A stretch of 64,000 bases of DNA from an uncultured Enterobacteriaceae bacterium (GCA_964552535.1 CAZKHE010000004.1:6015-70014), one strand, 5' to 3'; positions 1-11,594 are shown, counted from the stretch's first letter. Notes: a model not told the origin generated them from the letters alone. Translations and numbers: made by a program.

Positions 1-1650
1 CGCCTCATCCTCTTCATCGTCTTCTCGTTCTCCATCCTGATGCTCTGGGATGCGTGGCAACGGGAGAACCGTCCACCGGCGCCGCCCGTGCAGCAGGCCG
101 CGCCCCAGGCCGCCGCCCCCGGCGCTGCAAACGTGCCGACGCCGAGCACGACCACCCCGGCGCCCGCCGCGGCTCCCGGCGCGCAAAGTGTGCCGACGGA
201 TACCCGTGCGGCGGGCAGCGCACGCGAGCCGATCCGGGTCACCACGGACCTGTTCGTCGCCGATATCGACCCACTCGGCGGCGACATCGTCCGGCTGCAG
301 CTGCTCAAGCACAAGGACCCCGTCGAGACGGCGCGCGACTTCGTGCTCTTCACGCCGGAATTCAACTACGCCGCGCAAAGCGGGCTGATCGGAGCCGGGC
401 TGCCGAACCATCGGACGGCGTTCACGTACGAAGGCGAGAAGGCAATCAAGCTCGCCGACGGCCAGGATGCGGTGGCCGTGACCCTCACCGCTCCGGGGCC
501 GGATGGCGTGAAGGTCACGAAGACGCTCACCTTCCGTCGCGGCTCGTATCTGATCGACGTCACCCAGCAGGTCGCGAACGCGACGCAGTCGCCGCTTGCC
601 GCGCACGCCTACTTCCAGCTCACGCGCGACAGCAAGGCGCCCCCGGGCGATTCGTTCATGCTGCAGACCTACACCGGGGCCGCGCTCTACAACGAGAAGG
701 ACAAGTACGTGAAGCTGCCGTTCTCGGACATCGAGAAGGGCAAGGTGCCGTACACCAAGGAGACGGACAACGGCTGGGCGGCGATGGTGCAGCACTACTT
801 CGTCTCCGCGCTGCTGCCGCCGCCCGGTACGCCGCGCGAGTTCTACACGCGCAAGATCGGCGACAACGTGTATTCGGCCGGCGTGATCCTGCCGCTCAAC
901 GTTCCCGCCGGCGGCGAGTCGAAGGTGACGGTCCCGGTCTATGCGGGGCCGCAGGAGCAGGACAACCTCAAGGAGATCGCTCCCGGCCTCGATCTGGTGG
1001 TCGATTATGGCTGGCTCACGGTGATCGCGGCGCCGCTGTTCTGGGTGCTCAAGCTGCTCCACTCCTGGTTCGGCAACTGGGGGCTCGCGATCATCGGCCT
1101 GACGGTGCTCATCAAGCTCGTGTTCTTCCCGCTCTCCGCCGCCAGCTACCGCTCGATGGCGAAGATGAAGCTGCTCGCGCCGCGCCTGATGAAGCTGAAG
1201 GAGCAGTACGGCGACGACCGGGTGAAGATGAACCAGGCGATGATGGAGATGTACAAGACCGAGAAGGTCAACCCGTTCGGCGGCTGTCTGCCGATCCTGG
1301 TGCAGATCCCCGTCTTCATCGCGCTGTACTGGGTGCTGCTCGGCTCGGTCGAGCTGCGGCAAGCGCCGTTCTACGGGTGGATCAAGGACCTCTCCGCGCC
1401 CGATCCGTTCTTCATCCTGCCCGCGCTGATGATGGGCTCGATGATCCTGCAGACGAAGATGAGCCCGACGCCGCCCGATCCGGTGCAGGCCAAGGTGATG
1501 ATGATCATGCCCTTCGTCTTCGGCATCATGTTCTTCTTCTTCCCGGCCGGCCTCGTGCTCTACTGGCTGGTCAACAACATCCTCTCGATCGCGCAGCAAT
1601 GGCAGATCCAGCGCATGATCGAAGGACAGGCGGCGGCGGCCAAGCGCTGA
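1..1650 (+). CDS. yidC: membrane protein insertase YidC (5-prime partial, frame open from base 1)
   Basis: Frame 1 from base 1 reads [20 protein letters not shown], the YidC N-terminal TM and periplasmic start. The C-terminal half has the conserved insertase core ([55 protein letters not shown]). It is followed by mnmE, as in the conserved yidC-mnmE arrangement. Confidence 0.93.
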   Translation, partial: RLILFIVFSFSILMLWDAWQRENRPPAPPVQQAAPQAAAPGAANVPTPSTTTPAPAAAPGAQSVPTDTRAAGSAREPIRVTTDLFVADIDPLGGDIVRLQLLKHKDPVETARDFVLFTPEFNYAAQSGLIGAGLPNHRTAFTYEGEKAIKLADGQDAVAVTLTAPGPDGVKVTKTLTFRRGSYLIDVTQQVANATQSPLAAHAYFQLTRDSKAPPGDSFMLQTYTGAALYNEKDKYVKLPFSDIEKGKVPYTKETDNGWAAMVQHYFVSALLPPPGTPREFYTRKIGDNVYSAGVILPLNVPAGGESKVTVPVYAGPQEQDNLKEIAPGLDLVVDYGWLTVIAAPLFWVLKLLHSWFGNWGLAIIGLTVLIKLVFFPLSAASYRSMAKMKLLAPRLMKLKEQYGDDRVKMNQAMMEMYKTEKVNPFGGCLPILVQIPVFIALYWVLLGSVELRQAPFYGWIKDLSAPDPFFILPALMMGSMILQTKMSPTPPDPVQAKVMMIMPFVFGIMFFFFPAGLVLYWLVNNILSIAQQWQIQRMIEGQAAAAKR

Positions 1651-1666
1651 CGCCGACCGGGCCGGC

Positions 1667-2998
1667 GTGACCGTCGCGGGCGACGTCATCGCCGCGATCG
1701 CCACGGCGCCGGGGCGTGCCGGCATCGGCGTCGTGCGCGTCTCGGGGCCGTCGCTCACGGCATTCGCGGAGCGGCTGCTCGGCCGCGTCCCCCCGCCGCG
1801 CCGCGCGACCCGCGCCGCTTTCGCCGACGCCGCCGGCGCACCGATCGACGACGGGCTCGCACTCTACTTTCCGGCGCCGCGCTCCTACACCGGCGAGGAT
1901 GTGCTCGAGCTGCAGGGCCATGGCGGGCCCGTGGTGCTGCGCATGCTGCTCGCCCGCTGCGTGGAGCTTGGCGCGCGCCTGGCCGAGCCGGGCGAGTTCA
2001 CGCGCCGCGCGTTCCTGAACGACCGGCTGGATCTGGCGCAGGCCGAGAGCGTGGCCGATCTCATCGATGCCGCGACCGAAGCGGCGGCGCGCTCCGCGGT
2101 GCGATCCCTGCAAGGGGAGTTCTCGGCCCGGGTCCACGCCCTCGTCGACCGGCTGGTCGAGCTGCGCATGCTGGTCGAGGCGACGCTCGATTTTCCCGAG
2201 GAGGACATCGAGGCGTCCGACCGGGACGAGGCGCGCACGCGGCTCGACAGCGTGCGGGGCGCACTGGACGCGGCGATCGCTGGTGCAAGGCAGGGCAGCC
2301 TGCTGCGAACCGGCATCCACGTCGTGCTCGCCGGACAGCCGAACGTGGGCAAGTCGAGCCTGCTCAATCGGCTGGCGGGCGAGGAGCTGGCGATCGTCAC
2401 GCCGATCGCCGGCACCACGCGCGACGCGGTGCGCCAGGGCATCGAGATCGAGGGCGTGCCACTGGTGGTGGTGGATACCGCGGGCCTGCGCGAGACCGAC
2501 GACGAGGTAGAACGCATCGGCATCGCGAGGACCTGGAGCGAAATCGAACGCGCCGACATCCTGCTGCTGCTGGTCGACGCGCGCACCGGCGTCACCGCTG
2601 GAGACGAAGCCGTGGCGGCGCGCCTGCCGCAGCGTCTGAAGCGCATCGTCGTGCACAACAAGATCGACCTGGCCGGGCGCGAACCGGGGATCTTGGGTGA
2701 CTCGGTTTTCGTTTCGGCCCGCACGGGTGCAGGCATGGACCTCCTCCGACGCCAGCTGCTCGAGGCAGCCGGCTGGGAGGCATCCGCGGGCAGCACGTTC
2801 ATGGCACGCGAGCGGCACCTCGTCGCGCTGCGCCAGGCGGGCGAGCGGCTGGTGGCGGCCGCGGACGTCCTGGACCGTCCGGAACTCTTCGCGGAGGAGC
2901 TGCGGCTCGCACAGGCAGCGCTTGCCGAGATCACCGGTGAGTTCACCGCGGACGACCTGCTCGGCGAGATCTTCGCGCGCTTCTGCATCGGCAAGTAA
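1667..2998 (+). CDS. mnmE: tRNA modification GTPase MnmE/TrmE
   Basis: 443 aa with a GTG start. It has the P-loop [22 protein letters not shown] (G4) and the family-diagnostic C-terminal FCIGK. Confidence 0.93.
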   Translation: MTVAGDVIAAIATAPGRAGIGVVRVSGPSLTAFAERLLGRVPPPRRATRAAFADAAGAPIDDGLALYFPAPRSYTGEDVLELQGHGGPVVLRMLLARCVELGARLAEPGEFTRRAFLNDRLDLAQAESVADLIDAATEAAARSAVRSLQGEFSARVHALVDRLVELRMLVEATLDFPEEDIEASDRDEARTRLDSVRGALDAAIAGARQGSLLRTGIHVVLAGQPNVGKSSLLNRLAGEELAIVTPIAGTTRDAVRQGIEIEGVPLVVVDTAGLRETDDEVERIGIARTWSEIERADILLLLVDARTGVTAGDEAVAARLPQRLKRIVVHNKIDLAGREPGILGDSVFVSARTGAGMDLLRRQLLEAAGWEASAGSTFMARERHLVALRQAGERLVAAADVLDRPELFAEELRLAQAALAEITGEFTADDLLGEIFARFCIGK

Positions 2999-4050
2999 TG
3001 CGTGCTCTGGCGGGCAGGTTTCCGGCGCTGACCGCGCTCGCGGCATGCGCCGCCGGCGGGGCCCTCTGCGTGTTCCTGCATACGCCGTTGCCCTGGATGA
3101 TCGGACCGCTGTTCGCCATGGCCCTGCTCAAGCTCGGCGGTCTGCCGGTTCGGGCGCCCCGCGGCGCGCGGGAAGGCGGACAACTCCTGATCGCGACCGC
3201 CCTCGGCCTTTACTTCACGCCGCCCGTGGCGCGTGAACTGGCTTCGCGGTGGGAGCTTCTGGTCGCCGCTGCCGCGTTCTCGACGGTACTCGCGTATGTC
3301 GGGGCGTGGATCATTTCGCGTTTTTCGGACACGGATCGCCGGACGGCCCTGTTCGCGAGCGTCCCCGGCGGGGCGACGGAGATGGCCGTACTGGGCGAGC
3401 GCTTCGGTGCCAGCGTGGAGCGCATCGCGATCGCGCAGAGCCTGCGCATCCTGATGGTCGTGGTGATCGTGCCGTTCGCGTTTGCGGCGCTCGGCGTGAA
3501 GGGCGCTGACCTCTATACGCAGGTGGATGTGCCGGCCAACGCCGCGGGGCTCGGCGGCCTCCTTGCATGCGCCGCGGGGGGTGCGGTGTTGTTCAGCGTC
3601 GCCCGCGTCCCCAACGCGTGGATGCTCGGCCCCCTGTGCACGTGCATCGCTTTGACGGCCGCCGGGGTCGCGTGGAGCTCGATGCCGACCTTCCTGACCA
3701 ACCTCGGTCAGCTCCTGATGGGCTGCGCACTCGGGAGCCGCTTCGAGCGTGCCTTCCTGCTGCGCGCGCCGCGCTATGTCGCCGTCGTCGGCGCAAGCGT
3801 GCTGGCCGCGATGGCTTGTTCGGCGATGTTCGCCGCGCTGCTGGCGCGGATTTCGCTAGTGCCGCTGCCGTCTCTCGTACTCGCGACGGCGCCCGGCGGG
3901 ATCGCCGAGATGTGCATCACCGCCAAGGTCCTGCAGCTCGGCGTCCCGCTCGTGACCGCCGCACACGTGACGCGCGTGGTGATTCTGGTCACGACGACGG
4001 CGCCCATTTTCCGGGCAGTGCGCCGGGCGCTTCGCACACGCGGGTCGTGA
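2998..4050 (+). CDS. AbrB-family duplicated-domain membrane protein (COG3180, often mis-named putative ammonia monooxygenase)
   Basis: 350 aa and highly hydrophobic with an internal duplication. The N-terminal [12 protein letters not shown] and later [10 protein letters not shown] motifs are typical of this family. Its ATG overlaps the mnmE TAA stop. Confidence 0.7.
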   Translation: MRALAGRFPALTALAACAAGGALCVFLHTPLPWMIGPLFAMALLKLGGLPVRAPRGAREGGQLLIATALGLYFTPPVARELASRWELLVAAAAFSTVLAYVGAWIISRFSDTDRRTALFASVPGGATEMAVLGERFGASVERIAIAQSLRILMVVVIVPFAFAALGVKGADLYTQVDVPANAAGLGGLLACAAGGAVLFSVARVPNAWMLGPLCTCIALTAAGVAWSSMPTFLTNLGQLLMGCALGSRFERAFLLRAPRYVAVVGASVLAAMACSAMFAALLARISLVPLPSLVLATAPGGIAEMCITAKVLQLGVPLVTAAHVTRVVILVTTTAPIFRAVRRALRTRGS

Positions 4051-4105
4051 TAACCTTTCGGCCCCTCCGGATTCATCCTTTCCCATAGACGGACAAGCCC
4101 TTGCC

Positions 4106-5932
4106 ATGAATCAGCCTTATGTTCCCCATATCGCCACGCCGGACTACGTGCGCCATCGCAAGGCGATTGAATGGGTCGCGGAAATCGCCGAGCTGACCAA
4201 GCCGGACGCGATCTACTGGTGCGATGGTTCGCAGGCCGAGTACGACCGGCTTTGCGGCGAGATGGTGAAGGCCGGCATGCTGCGCCGCCTGAATCCGGAG
4301 AAGCGCCCCAACAGCTACCTCGCCTGGTCGGACCCCACCGACGTGGCGCGCATGGAGGATCGGACTTTCATCTGCTCGAAAAACCGCGACGATGCCGGCC
4401 CGACCAACAACTGGGTCGACCCCGTCGAGATGCGCGCGACCATGGCCTCGCTGTTCGACGGCTGCATGCGCGGGCGCACGATGTACGTCGTGCCGTTCTC
4501 CATGGGCCCGCTCGGCTCGCCGATCGCGCAGATCGGCATCGAGATCAGCGACTCGCCGTACGTCGTCGTCAGCATGCACATCATGACGCGGGTGAGCACG
4601 CGCATCTGGGAACTGCTCGGCGAGGACGGCACCTACGTGCCCTGCGTGCACACGGTCGGCGCGCCGCTCGCCGAGGGGCAGAAGGACGTGCCCTGGCCCT
4701 GCAACAAGGAGCACAAGTACATCGTCCACTATCCCGAGACGCGGGAGATCTGGTCGTTCGGCTCCGGCTACGGCGGCAATGCGCTGCTCGGCAAGAAGTG
4801 CTTCGCGCTTCGCATCGCGTCCAACATGGGTCGCGACGAGGGATGGCTCGCGGAGCACATGCTGATTCTCGGCGTCACCTCGCCCGAGGGACGCAAGGCG
4901 CACGTCGCGGCGGCGTTCCCGAGCGCGTGCGGCAAGACCAACTTCGCGATGATGGTACCGCCGCCGGCATTCAAGGGCTGGAAGGTCACGACCATCGGCG
5001 AGGACATCGCCTGGATCAAGCCGGGCCCCGACGGACGCCTGCGCGCCATCAATCCCGAGGCGGGACTGTTCGGCGTCGCGCCGGGCACTTCGGACAAGAC
5101 CAACCCGAACTGCATGGCGGCCATGCGCGAGAACGCCATCTTCACCAATGTCGCGCTGACCGACGACGGCGACGTTTGGTGGGAAGGCATGACCGATGCG
5201 CCGCCGGCCCACCTCACCGACTGGCAGGGTCAGTCCTGGACGCCCGAGTCCGGGCGCAAGGCGGCACACCCGAACTCGCGGTTCACCGTTCGCGCGACGC
5301 AGGTGCCGTCGCTGGACGCGGAGTGGGAGAATCCCGCCGGCGTGGCGATCGACGCGTTCGTGTTCGGCGGCCGCCGCTCGAACACCGTGCCGCTCGTCGT
5401 GGAGGCGTTCAACTGGGACGCGGGCGTCTACATGGCGGCGACCATGGGCTCGGAAACCACCGCTGCGGCAACCGGCAAGGTCGGCGTCGTGCGGCGGGAC
5501 CCGTTCGCGATGATCCCGTTCTGCGGCTATCACATGGCGGACTACTTCGGGCACTGGCTGAAGATCGGACGCACGGCACAGCAGCGTCCGCACATCTTCA
5601 TGGTGAACTGGTTCCGGACCGACGGCGCGGGCAAGTTCGTCTGGCCGGGTTTCGGCGAGAACATGCGCGTGCTGAAGTGGATCGTCGAGCGCTGCCAGGG
5701 CCGCGCGCATGCGGTCGAAACGCCGATCGGCTGGGTGCCCGCCTACGAGGACATCGAGTGGAAGGGCCTGGAGTCCTTCACGCGCGAGCAGTTCGACTCG
5801 GTCACAGCCATCCGCCACGACGAATGGGCGGACGAGCTGAAGTCGCACGACTCGTTGTTCCAGAGCATGCAGCAGCGCCTGCCGCGGGCCCTGGCGCTGC
5901 GACGGGAGGAGATCGGGCTCGCGATTGCCTGA
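4106..5932 (+). CDS. pckG: phosphoenolpyruvate carboxykinase (GTP)
   Basis: 608 aa. It has the GTP-PEPCK kinase-1a loop [15 protein letters not shown], the [29 protein letters not shown] block and [19 protein letters not shown]. Confidence 0.95.
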   Translation: MNQPYVPHIATPDYVRHRKAIEWVAEIAELTKPDAIYWCDGSQAEYDRLCGEMVKAGMLRRLNPEKRPNSYLAWSDPTDVARMEDRTFICSKNRDDAGPTNNWVDPVEMRATMASLFDGCMRGRTMYVVPFSMGPLGSPIAQIGIEISDSPYVVVSMHIMTRVSTRIWELLGEDGTYVPCVHTVGAPLAEGQKDVPWPCNKEHKYIVHYPETREIWSFGSGYGGNALLGKKCFALRIASNMGRDEGWLAEHMLILGVTSPEGRKAHVAAAFPSACGKTNFAMMVPPPAFKGWKVTTIGEDIAWIKPGPDGRLRAINPEAGLFGVAPGTSDKTNPNCMAAMRENAIFTNVALTDDGDVWWEGMTDAPPAHLTDWQGQSWTPESGRKAAHPNSRFTVRATQVPSLDAEWENPAGVAIDAFVFGGRRSNTVPLVVEAFNWDAGVYMAATMGSETTAAATGKVGVVRRDPFAMIPFCGYHMADYFGHWLKIGRTAQQRPHIFMVNWFRTDGAGKFVWPGFGENMRVLKWIVERCQGRAHAVETPIGWVPAYEDIEWKGLESFTREQFDSVTAIRHDEWADELKSHDSLFQSMQQRLPRALALRREEIGLAIA

Positions 5933-6017
5933 CCCGGCCGACGCTGCACCGGAGAGGGCCGCGCACGCGGCCCTTTTTCATTGGTGCGGTGGCCAGTGCA
6001 CTCATGGAGCGATCACG

Positions 6018-7343
6018 ATGAGCCATGTGTTCCACCGGGATCCGACGTACCCGTATCCGACGGTCGTGCGCGGGGAAGGCTGCTACCTGTTCGATGCCGC
6101 GGGGAAGCGCTATCTCGACGCCTCCGGCGGCGCTGCGGTGTCGTGTCTGGGCCATGGCGATCGCGAGGTCATTGCGGCCATCAGCGCCCAACTCGAGCGG
6201 GTGGCGTACGCCCACACCTCGTTCTTCACGAACAAGCCCATGGAGGCGCTTGCCGACGCGTTGATCGCGCGGGCCCCGCGGGGCATCGGCCGGGCGTTCT
6301 TCTGTTCCAGTGGCTCCGAAGCGGTGGAGGCGGCCCTCAAGCTCTCGCGGCAGTACTTTCTGGAGATCGGACAGCCGGAGCGTCGGTTCGTGGTGGCGAG
6401 GCGGCAGAGCTATCACGGCAACACCCTGGGGGCCCTGGCGGTCGGCGGCAACGCCTGGCGTCGCGAAAAGTTTGGACCGCTATTGATAGAGTCGCAGCAT
6501 GTGAGTGCTTGCTATCAGTATCGTGAAGCCCACCCGGGCGAGAGCCCGGAGGCTTACGGCGCGAGGCTCGTTGGCGAGCTTGCGGAGAAGCTCGCCGAAC
6601 TCGGTCCGGAGCGGGTGCTGGCCTTCATCGCCGAACCCGTGGTGGGGGCAACCTTGGGGGCCGTTCCCGCGGTGCCCGGGTACTTCGCGGGCGTCCGCCG
6701 ACTGTGCGACCAATACGGCATCCTCCTGATCCTGGATGAGGTGATGTGCGGCATGGGTCGGACCGGCACGCTGTACGCCTGTGAGCAGGAGGGTGTCCGT
6801 CCGGACATGCTCACCATCGGCAAAGGACTGGCCGCGGGGTATCAGCCGATCGGTGCGCTGCTCGCCACGGAGACGATTCACGAAGCCATCGTCCGCGGGT
6901 CCGGGGCGTTCCAGCACGGCCATACCTACACCGGACATCCGGCCGCGTGTGCCGCGGCACTTGCGGTCCAGCGCGCTTTTCACGATCGAAAGTTGCTCGC
7001 GGCTGTCGGGCCGAGCGGGCTCGCGCTGGCACAGGCGCTCCAGGCGCGTTTTGGCCAGCACCCGCATGTCGGGGACATTCGCGGACGGGGGCTGTTGTGC
7101 GCGGTGGAGTTGGTGGCCGATCGCGAGACGAAGCGCCCGTTCGATCCGGGCCGCCGGGTCCACGCAAGGGTCAAGCGGGCGGCCATGGATGCGGGGCTGC
7201 TTTGCTATCCCACCGGGGGAACGGTGGACGGTGTGCGGGGAGACCACGTGCTCCTCGCGCCACCGTACACCATCAGTAGCGCCCAAATTTCGGAGCTGGT
7301 CGAGAAACTCGCAATGGCCGTCGATGCAGCATGTTCCACGTGA
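6018..7343 (+). CDS. class-III (omega) PLP-dependent aminotransferase
   Basis: The track ORF begins at 5925, but the family-typical N-terminus MSHVFHRD..GEGCYLFDAAGKRYLD starts at ATG 6018. Motifs present are SGSEAVEAALKL, LILDEVMCGMGRTG and LTIGKGLAAGY (the Schiff-base Lys region). Confidence 0.88.
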   Translation: MSHVFHRDPTYPYPTVVRGEGCYLFDAAGKRYLDASGGAAVSCLGHGDREVIAAISAQLERVAYAHTSFFTNKPMEALADALIARAPRGIGRAFFCSSGSEAVEAALKLSRQYFLEIGQPERRFVVARRQSYHGNTLGALAVGGNAWRREKFGPLLIESQHVSACYQYREAHPGESPEAYGARLVGELAEKLAELGPERVLAFIAEPVVGATLGAVPAVPGYFAGVRRLCDQYGILLILDEVMCGMGRTGTLYACEQEGVRPDMLTIGKGLAAGYQPIGALLATETIHEAIVRGSGAFQHGHTYTGHPAACAAALAVQRAFHDRKLLAAVGPSGLALAQALQARFGQHPHVGDIRGRGLLCAVELVADRETKRPFDPGRRVHARVKRAAMDAGLLCYPTGGTVDGVRGDHVLLAPPYTISSAQISELVEKLAMAVDAACST

Positions 7344-7347
7344 AACA
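7332..7347. other. parS: parS centromere-like site 1 (TGTTCCACGTGAAACA)
   Basis: Exact match to the 16-bp parS consensus TGTTNCACGTGAAACA. It spans the aminotransferase stop codon (TGA 7341-7343). Confidence 0.85.
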
Positions 7348-7358
7348 TCGGGCGGCGA

Positions 7359-7374
7359 TGTTTCACGTGAAACA
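7359..7374. other. parS: parS centromere-like site 2 (TGTTTCACGTGAAACA, perfect palindrome)
   Basis: Perfect 16-bp palindrome identical to the canonical parS. It lies 27 bp centre-to-centre from site 1, and parAB are 2.6 kb downstream. Confidence 0.88.
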
Positions 7375-7436
7375 ACGGCCGTCGCGCCCCGCAACCCCAC
7401 ACGCGTAAAATAGTGTCCTCGCTGGCGTTTCCGATC

Positions 7437-9329
7437 ATGCACTACCCCGACCCCTTTCAAGTCATCGTCATTGGCGGCGGCCACGCCGGCACGGAGGCCG
7501 CCCTGGCCTCGGCGCGCGCGGGCGCAAAGACGCTGTTGCTGACCCACAATCTGGAAACGCTGGGTCAGATGTCCTGCAACCCGTCGATCGGTGGCATCGG
7601 GAAGGGACATCTGGTGAAGGAGGTCGACGCGCTCGGTGGTGCTATGGCGATCGCCACGGACGAAGCCGGTATCCAGTTCCGTATCCTGAACTCCAGCAAA
7701 GGCCCCGCCGTCCGCGCCACGCGCGCGCAGGCGGACCGGGTATTGTACCGGCAGGCCATCCGCCGGCGGCTCGAGAACGAACCGAACCTCACGTTGTTCC
7801 AGCAGGCGGTGGACGACCTGCTGCTCGACGGTGACCGCGTGACGGGCGTCGTCACGCAACTCGGGATTCGGTTCACCGCGGAGGCCGTGGTCCTGACCGC
7901 TGGAACCTTTCTTTCGGGCCTCGTGCACGTCGGGCTCACGCACTACACCGCCGGTCGCGCGGGGGACCCGGCATCGGTGAGTCTCGCTGCCCGGCTGCGC
8001 GAACTCGCGCTGCCGGTCGGGCGCCTGAAAACGGGGACGCCGCCCCGCCTGGACGGGCGCACCATCGATTACTCAGTCATGGTGGAGCAGCCCGGTGACG
8101 AGCCCGCTCCCGTGTTTTCGTTTGTCGGCTCGCGCGACATGCACCCGCGCCAGCTGCCCTGCTGGGTGACCCACACGAACGAGCGGACGCACGAGATCAT
8201 CCGCGGCGGGCTCGACCGATCCCCCATGTACACGGGCAAAATCGAAGGCCTGGGGCCGCGATACTGTCCTTCCATCGAGGACAAGATCCACCGGTTCGCT
8301 TCCAAGTCCAGCCATCAGATCTTTCTTGAGCCCGAAGGGCTGACCACCCACGAGGTGTATCCAAACGGCATCTCCACCAGTCTGCCGTTCGACGTGCAAC
8401 TGGAACTTGTGCGCTCCATCAAGGGCTTGGAGCGAGCTCACATGCTGCGGCCGGGCTATGCGATCGAGTACGACTACTTCGATCCGCGTGCCCTGAAGCC
8501 ATCCCTGGAGACACAGGCGATCCGCGGGCTTTTCTTCGCCGGGCAGATCAACGGCACGACCGGATACGAAGAAGCGGCCGCGCAGGGCTTGCTCGCCGGC
8601 GTGAATGCTGCGCGGTTTGTGCGCAACATGGACGCCTGGTACCCCCGCCGGGACGAGGCCTACCTGGGTGTACTGGTCGACGACCTTGTGACCCGCGGCG
8701 TCAGTGAACCCTATCGGATGTTCACGAGCCGGGCGGAGTATCGGCTGCTGCTCCGCGAAGATAACGCCGACCTCCGTCTGACCGAAACAGGCCGCAGGCT
8801 GGGGATCGTTCCCGACGCCCGCTGGGCGGCTTATTGTCGCAAACGTGATGCGATCTTCGCCGAACAGGAACGATTGAAGTCCATCTGGGTGAATCCTCGC
8901 GTGGTCGACGCCGCTCTTGCAACAGCGGTTCTGGGCAAGCCGCTCGAACGTGAGTACACACTCTCGGACCTGCTGAGGCGCCCCAACGTCTCCTATGCGG
9001 CGTTGATGACGTTGCCACAGGCGGGCGAAGGGGTAGGCGACGTGGACGTCGCCGAGCAGGTGGAGATTCAGGCGAAGTACGGCGGCTACATCGACCGCCA
9101 GCGCGACGAAGTCGCAAGGCAGGAGGCGCACGAGTCGCTGCGCCTTCCCGACGATCTCGATTACGATGCCGTGCGCGGGCTGTCGGTCGAGGTGCGACAG
9201 AAGCTCGCGCGCCACCGTCCCGAGACACTGGGGCAGGCCTCTCGCATCCAGGGCGTCACGCCTGCGGCGATCTCCCTGCTGCTCGTTCATCTGAAGCGCC
9301 GCCAGCCGCGCGGCAAGGAAGCCGCATGA
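7437..9329 (+). CDS. mnmG: tRNA uridine-5-carboxymethylaminomethyl synthesis enzyme MnmG/GidA
   Basis: Has the FAD motif [14 protein letters not shown] and the [26 protein letters not shown] block. The track ORF starts at 7413; ATG 7437 ([15 protein letters not shown]) fits the family N-terminus better. The stop overlaps the rsmG start (ATGA). Confidence 0.94.
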   Translation: MHYPDPFQVIVIGGGHAGTEAALASARAGAKTLLLTHNLETLGQMSCNPSIGGIGKGHLVKEVDALGGAMAIATDEAGIQFRILNSSKGPAVRATRAQADRVLYRQAIRRRLENEPNLTLFQQAVDDLLLDGDRVTGVVTQLGIRFTAEAVVLTAGTFLSGLVHVGLTHYTAGRAGDPASVSLAARLRELALPVGRLKTGTPPRLDGRTIDYSVMVEQPGDEPAPVFSFVGSRDMHPRQLPCWVTHTNERTHEIIRGGLDRSPMYTGKIEGLGPRYCPSIEDKIHRFASKSSHQIFLEPEGLTTHEVYPNGISTSLPFDVQLELVRSIKGLERAHMLRPGYAIEYDYFDPRALKPSLETQAIRGLFFAGQINGTTGYEEAAAQGLLAGVNAARFVRNMDAWYPRRDEAYLGVLVDDLVTRGVSEPYRMFTSRAEYRLLLREDNADLRLTETGRRLGIVPDARWAAYCRKRDAIFAEQERLKSIWVNPRVVDAALATAVLGKPLEREYTLSDLLRRPNVSYAALMTLPQAGEGVGDVDVAEQVEIQAKYGGYIDRQRDEVARQEAHESLRLPDDLDYDAVRGLSVEVRQKLARHRPETLGQASRIQGVTPAAISLLLVHLKRRQPRGKEAA

Positions 9330-9952
9330 CCTCGGAGCACGAGCGCCTCGACGCAGGCCTGAAGACCCTCGGTATTGCCAACGACCGCGATGTCGGGACG
9401 CGCCTGGTTGCGTTCCTCGATCTCCTGGAGAAGTGGAACCGCGTCTACAACCTCACGGCGATCCGCGAGCGCGAGCAGATGCTTACCCACCATCTCCTCG
9501 ATTCGCTGGCCGTCGTCCCGCACATCCGCGGTCCGCAGGTGCTGGACGTCGGCAGCGGCGGCGGGCTGCCCGGGATCCCTGTGGCGATCGTCCGCCCGGA
9601 GATCGAGGTGACGCTGCTCGACAGCAACCACAAGAAGGCGGCCTTCCTGAACCAGGCGGTCGCCGAGCTGCGTCTGACGAACGTCCAGGTGGTGGCGGAA
9701 CGCGTGGAGGCGTGGGAGACGAGCCGGCGCTTCGCGACCATCGTGTCACGGGCCTTCGCCGACCTTGCCGAGTTCGTGGGCCTCACCGAGCGCCTGCTGG
9801 CGCCCGGCGGTCGTTTTGCGGCCATGAAGGGCGTGCATCCCTTCGAGGAAATCGAGCGGCTGCCCGGGGGATTCGTCGCCCGCGAAGTGGTGAAGCTGCA
9901 GGTGCCAGGGCTCGACGCGGAGCGTCACCTGGTGCTCGTGGAGCGCGCCTGA
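9326..9952 (+). CDS. rsmG: 16S rRNA (guanine527-N7)-methyltransferase RsmG/GidB
   Basis: 208 aa with [12 protein letters not shown] and the SAM motif [17 protein letters not shown]. It sits in the conserved mnmG-rsmG-parAB order. Confidence 0.93.
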   Translation: MTSEHERLDAGLKTLGIANDRDVGTRLVAFLDLLEKWNRVYNLTAIREREQMLTHHLLDSLAVVPHIRGPQVLDVGSGGGLPGIPVAIVRPEIEVTLLDSNHKKAAFLNQAVAELRLTNVQVVAERVEAWETSRRFATIVSRAFADLAEFVGLTERLLAPGGRFAAMKGVHPFEEIERLPGGFVAREVVKLQVPGLDAERHLVLVERA

Positions 9953-10749
9953 TGCGCATTCTCGCGGTCGCCAACCAGAAGGGCGGGGTGGGGAAGACCA
10001 CCACGACCGTGAATCTCGCCGCCGGCCTCGCGCAGGCCGGCAAGCGCGTGTTGTTGGTCGACCTGGATCCGCAAGGCAACGCGACGATGGGCAGCGGCAT
10101 CGACAAGCGCACGCTCGAGCACACCGTGTATCACGTGCTCCTCGGGCTCGCGACCATCGAGCGCGTCCGTGTCCACGCGGAGAGCGCCGGGTACGACGTG
10201 CTGCCGGCCAACCGCGACCTCGCCGGCGCCGAGGTCGAGATGGTCGATCTCGATCACCGCGAGAGCCGCCTGCGGAGCGCCCTCGAACGCGTCGCCGCCG
10301 ATTACGATTACGTACTGCTCGACTGTCCGCCGTCGCTGTCCATGCTGACGCTCAACGGGCTCGTCGCTGCCCACGCGGTGATGATCCCGATGCAGTGCGA
10401 GTACTACGCGCTCGAGGGCCTGTCCGACCTGGTCAACACGATCAAGAAGGTCCGCGCGCACTTCAATCCGGGCATCGAGATCGAGGGCCTGCTGCGCACC
10501 ATGTTCGATCCGCGCAACACGCTCTCGCAGCAGGTCGCCGACCAGCTCAAGAGCCACTTCCCCGACAAGGTGCTCGATACCATCGTGCCGCGCAACGTCC
10601 GCCTCGCCGAGGCGCCGAGTTACGGCCTGCCGGCGATCAAGTTCGATGCGGCGTGCAAGGGCTCCCAGGCCTACGTTGCGCTCGCCGAGGAAATTCTCTG
10701 GCGCACCGAGGCCCGTGCCGCCAATCAGGCTGCGGAGGCCGCATCGTGA
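9952..10749 (+). CDS. parA: chromosome partitioning ATPase ParA/Soj
   Basis: The true start [23 protein letters not shown] (deviant Walker A) is at ATG 9952, overlapping the rsmG TGA. The upstream part of track ORF 9433..10749 is read-through in a stop-free GC-rich frame. Confidence 0.94.
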   Translation: MRILAVANQKGGVGKTTTTVNLAAGLAQAGKRVLLVDLDPQGNATMGSGIDKRTLEHTVYHVLLGLATIERVRVHAESAGYDVLPANRDLAGAEVEMVDLDHRESRLRSALERVAADYDYVLLDCPPSLSMLTLNGLVAAHAVMIPMQCEYYALEGLSDLVNTIKKVRAHFNPGIEIEGLLRTMFDPRNTLSQQVADQLKSHFPDKVLDTIVPRNVRLAEAPSYGLPAIKFDAACKGSQAYVALAEEILWRTEARAANQAAEAAS

Positions 10750-11594
10750 AGCCGAAGGGCCTCGGCCGCGGTCTCGACGCGCTGCTCGGCGGCACCGATG
10801 AGCCCCCGCGAAAAGAGTCGCTCGGTACGGCGCAGATCGGCGACCTGCAGCCCGGCAAGTATCAGCCGCGCACCCACATGGACCCGGCCTCGCTCGACGA
10901 GCTCGCGGCATCGATCCGCTCGCAGGGCCTGATGCAGCCGATCCTGGTGCGCTCGATCGGCGGGAAGCGCTACGAGATCATCGCAGGCGAACGCCGCTGG
11001 CGCGCCGCCAAGCTCGCCGGGCTGAGCGAGGTGCCGGTGGTGATCCGCGACGTGCCCGACCAGGCGGCGCTCGCGATGGCGCTGATCGAGAACATCCAGC
11101 GCGAGAACCTGAATCCCCTCGAGGAGGCGACCGGCATCCAGCGGCTGGTCGACGAGTTCCGGCTCACGCACGAACAGGCGGCCGAAGCGGTGGGGCGCTC
11201 GCGCGCGGCGGTGAGCAACCTGCTGCGTCTGCTGCGGCTGCCTCACGCCATCCAGGCCTACGTCGCGGAGGGGAAGCTCGACATGGGCCACGCGCGGGCG
11301 CTGCTCGCCGTCGAGGGCCACCAGCAGCTCGACCTCGCGCAGCGCGTGGTGGAGCGCGGGCTGTCGGTGCGCGAGACCGAAGCGCTGGTCAACGAGACCC
11401 TGCACCCCAAACTCCCCGCGCCGCGCCCGAAGGCCCGCACCAGCCGCGACATCCAACGTCTCGAGGAAGAGCTCGCCGAGACGCTCGGTACCGCGGTGGA
11501 GATCCGGCCCGGCAAGAAGGGCAGCGGCAAGATGGTGATCGGCTACATGAGCCTCGATCACCTCGATGACCTCATCGCGAAGCTCCGCGGCTGA
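10746..11594 (+). CDS. parB: chromosome partitioning protein ParB/Spo0J
   Basis: GTG 10746 overlaps the parA stop (GTGA). The protein has GLGRGLDALLG, the ParB box LIENIQRENLNPLEEA and the HTH THEQAAEAVGRSRAAVSNLLRLL. Confidence 0.93.
   Translation: MKPKGLGRGLDALLGGTDEPPRKESLGTAQIGDLQPGKYQPRTHMDPASLDELAASIRSQGLMQPILVRSIGGKRYEIIAGERRWRAAKLAGLSEVPVVIRDVPDQAALAMALIENIQRENLNPLEEATGIQRLVDEFRLTHEQAAEAVGRSRAAVSNLLRLLRLPHAIQAYVAEGKLDMGHARALLAVEGHQQLDLAQRVVERGLSVRETEALVNETLHPKLPAPRPKARTSRDIQRLEEELAETLGTAVEIRPGKKGSGKMVIGYMSLDHLDDLIAKLRG

Noticed and set aside
1571-3046. Long antisense or alternate-frame ORFs throughout the track. Examples are 1571..3046 -, 4073..5848 -, 6480..7943 -, 14521..15972 -, 27245..29005 -, 39844..42117 +, 45388..47097 + and 50444..52174 +.
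   Set aside because: Their translations are Arg/Ala/Gly/Pro-rich low-complexity strings with no family motifs. Each is fully overlapped by a gene with clear family signatures in another frame. Stop-free shadow frames are expected at this GC content.
2998-4050. The 'ammonia monooxygenase' or 'AbrB transcriptional regulator' annotation commonly attached to this family.
   Set aside because: The protein is a polytopic membrane protein with no DNA-binding AbrB (SpoVT) domain and no amoABC context. Only the family-level membrane-protein call is justified.
7344-7436. Possible oriC in the spacer upstream of mnmG (gidA), by analogy with E. coli.
   Set aside because: The spacer is only ~90 bp. I saw no cluster of DnaA boxes (TTATCCACA-like) and no AT-rich unwinding element. 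The palindromes are explained as parS. The origin is more likely near dnaA, outside the window.
9433-10749. N-terminally extended versions of real genes in the ORF track. Examples include parA from 9433, parB from 10395, coxM-like from 12278, DUF1330 to 25256, livG to 19041, and the 877-aa ORF 38954..41587.
   Set aside because: The extensions overlap the preceding gene and lack motifs. The family-typical N-termini coincide with internal ATG, GTG or TTG codons that show RBSs or ATGA/GTGA coupling to the upstream stop.
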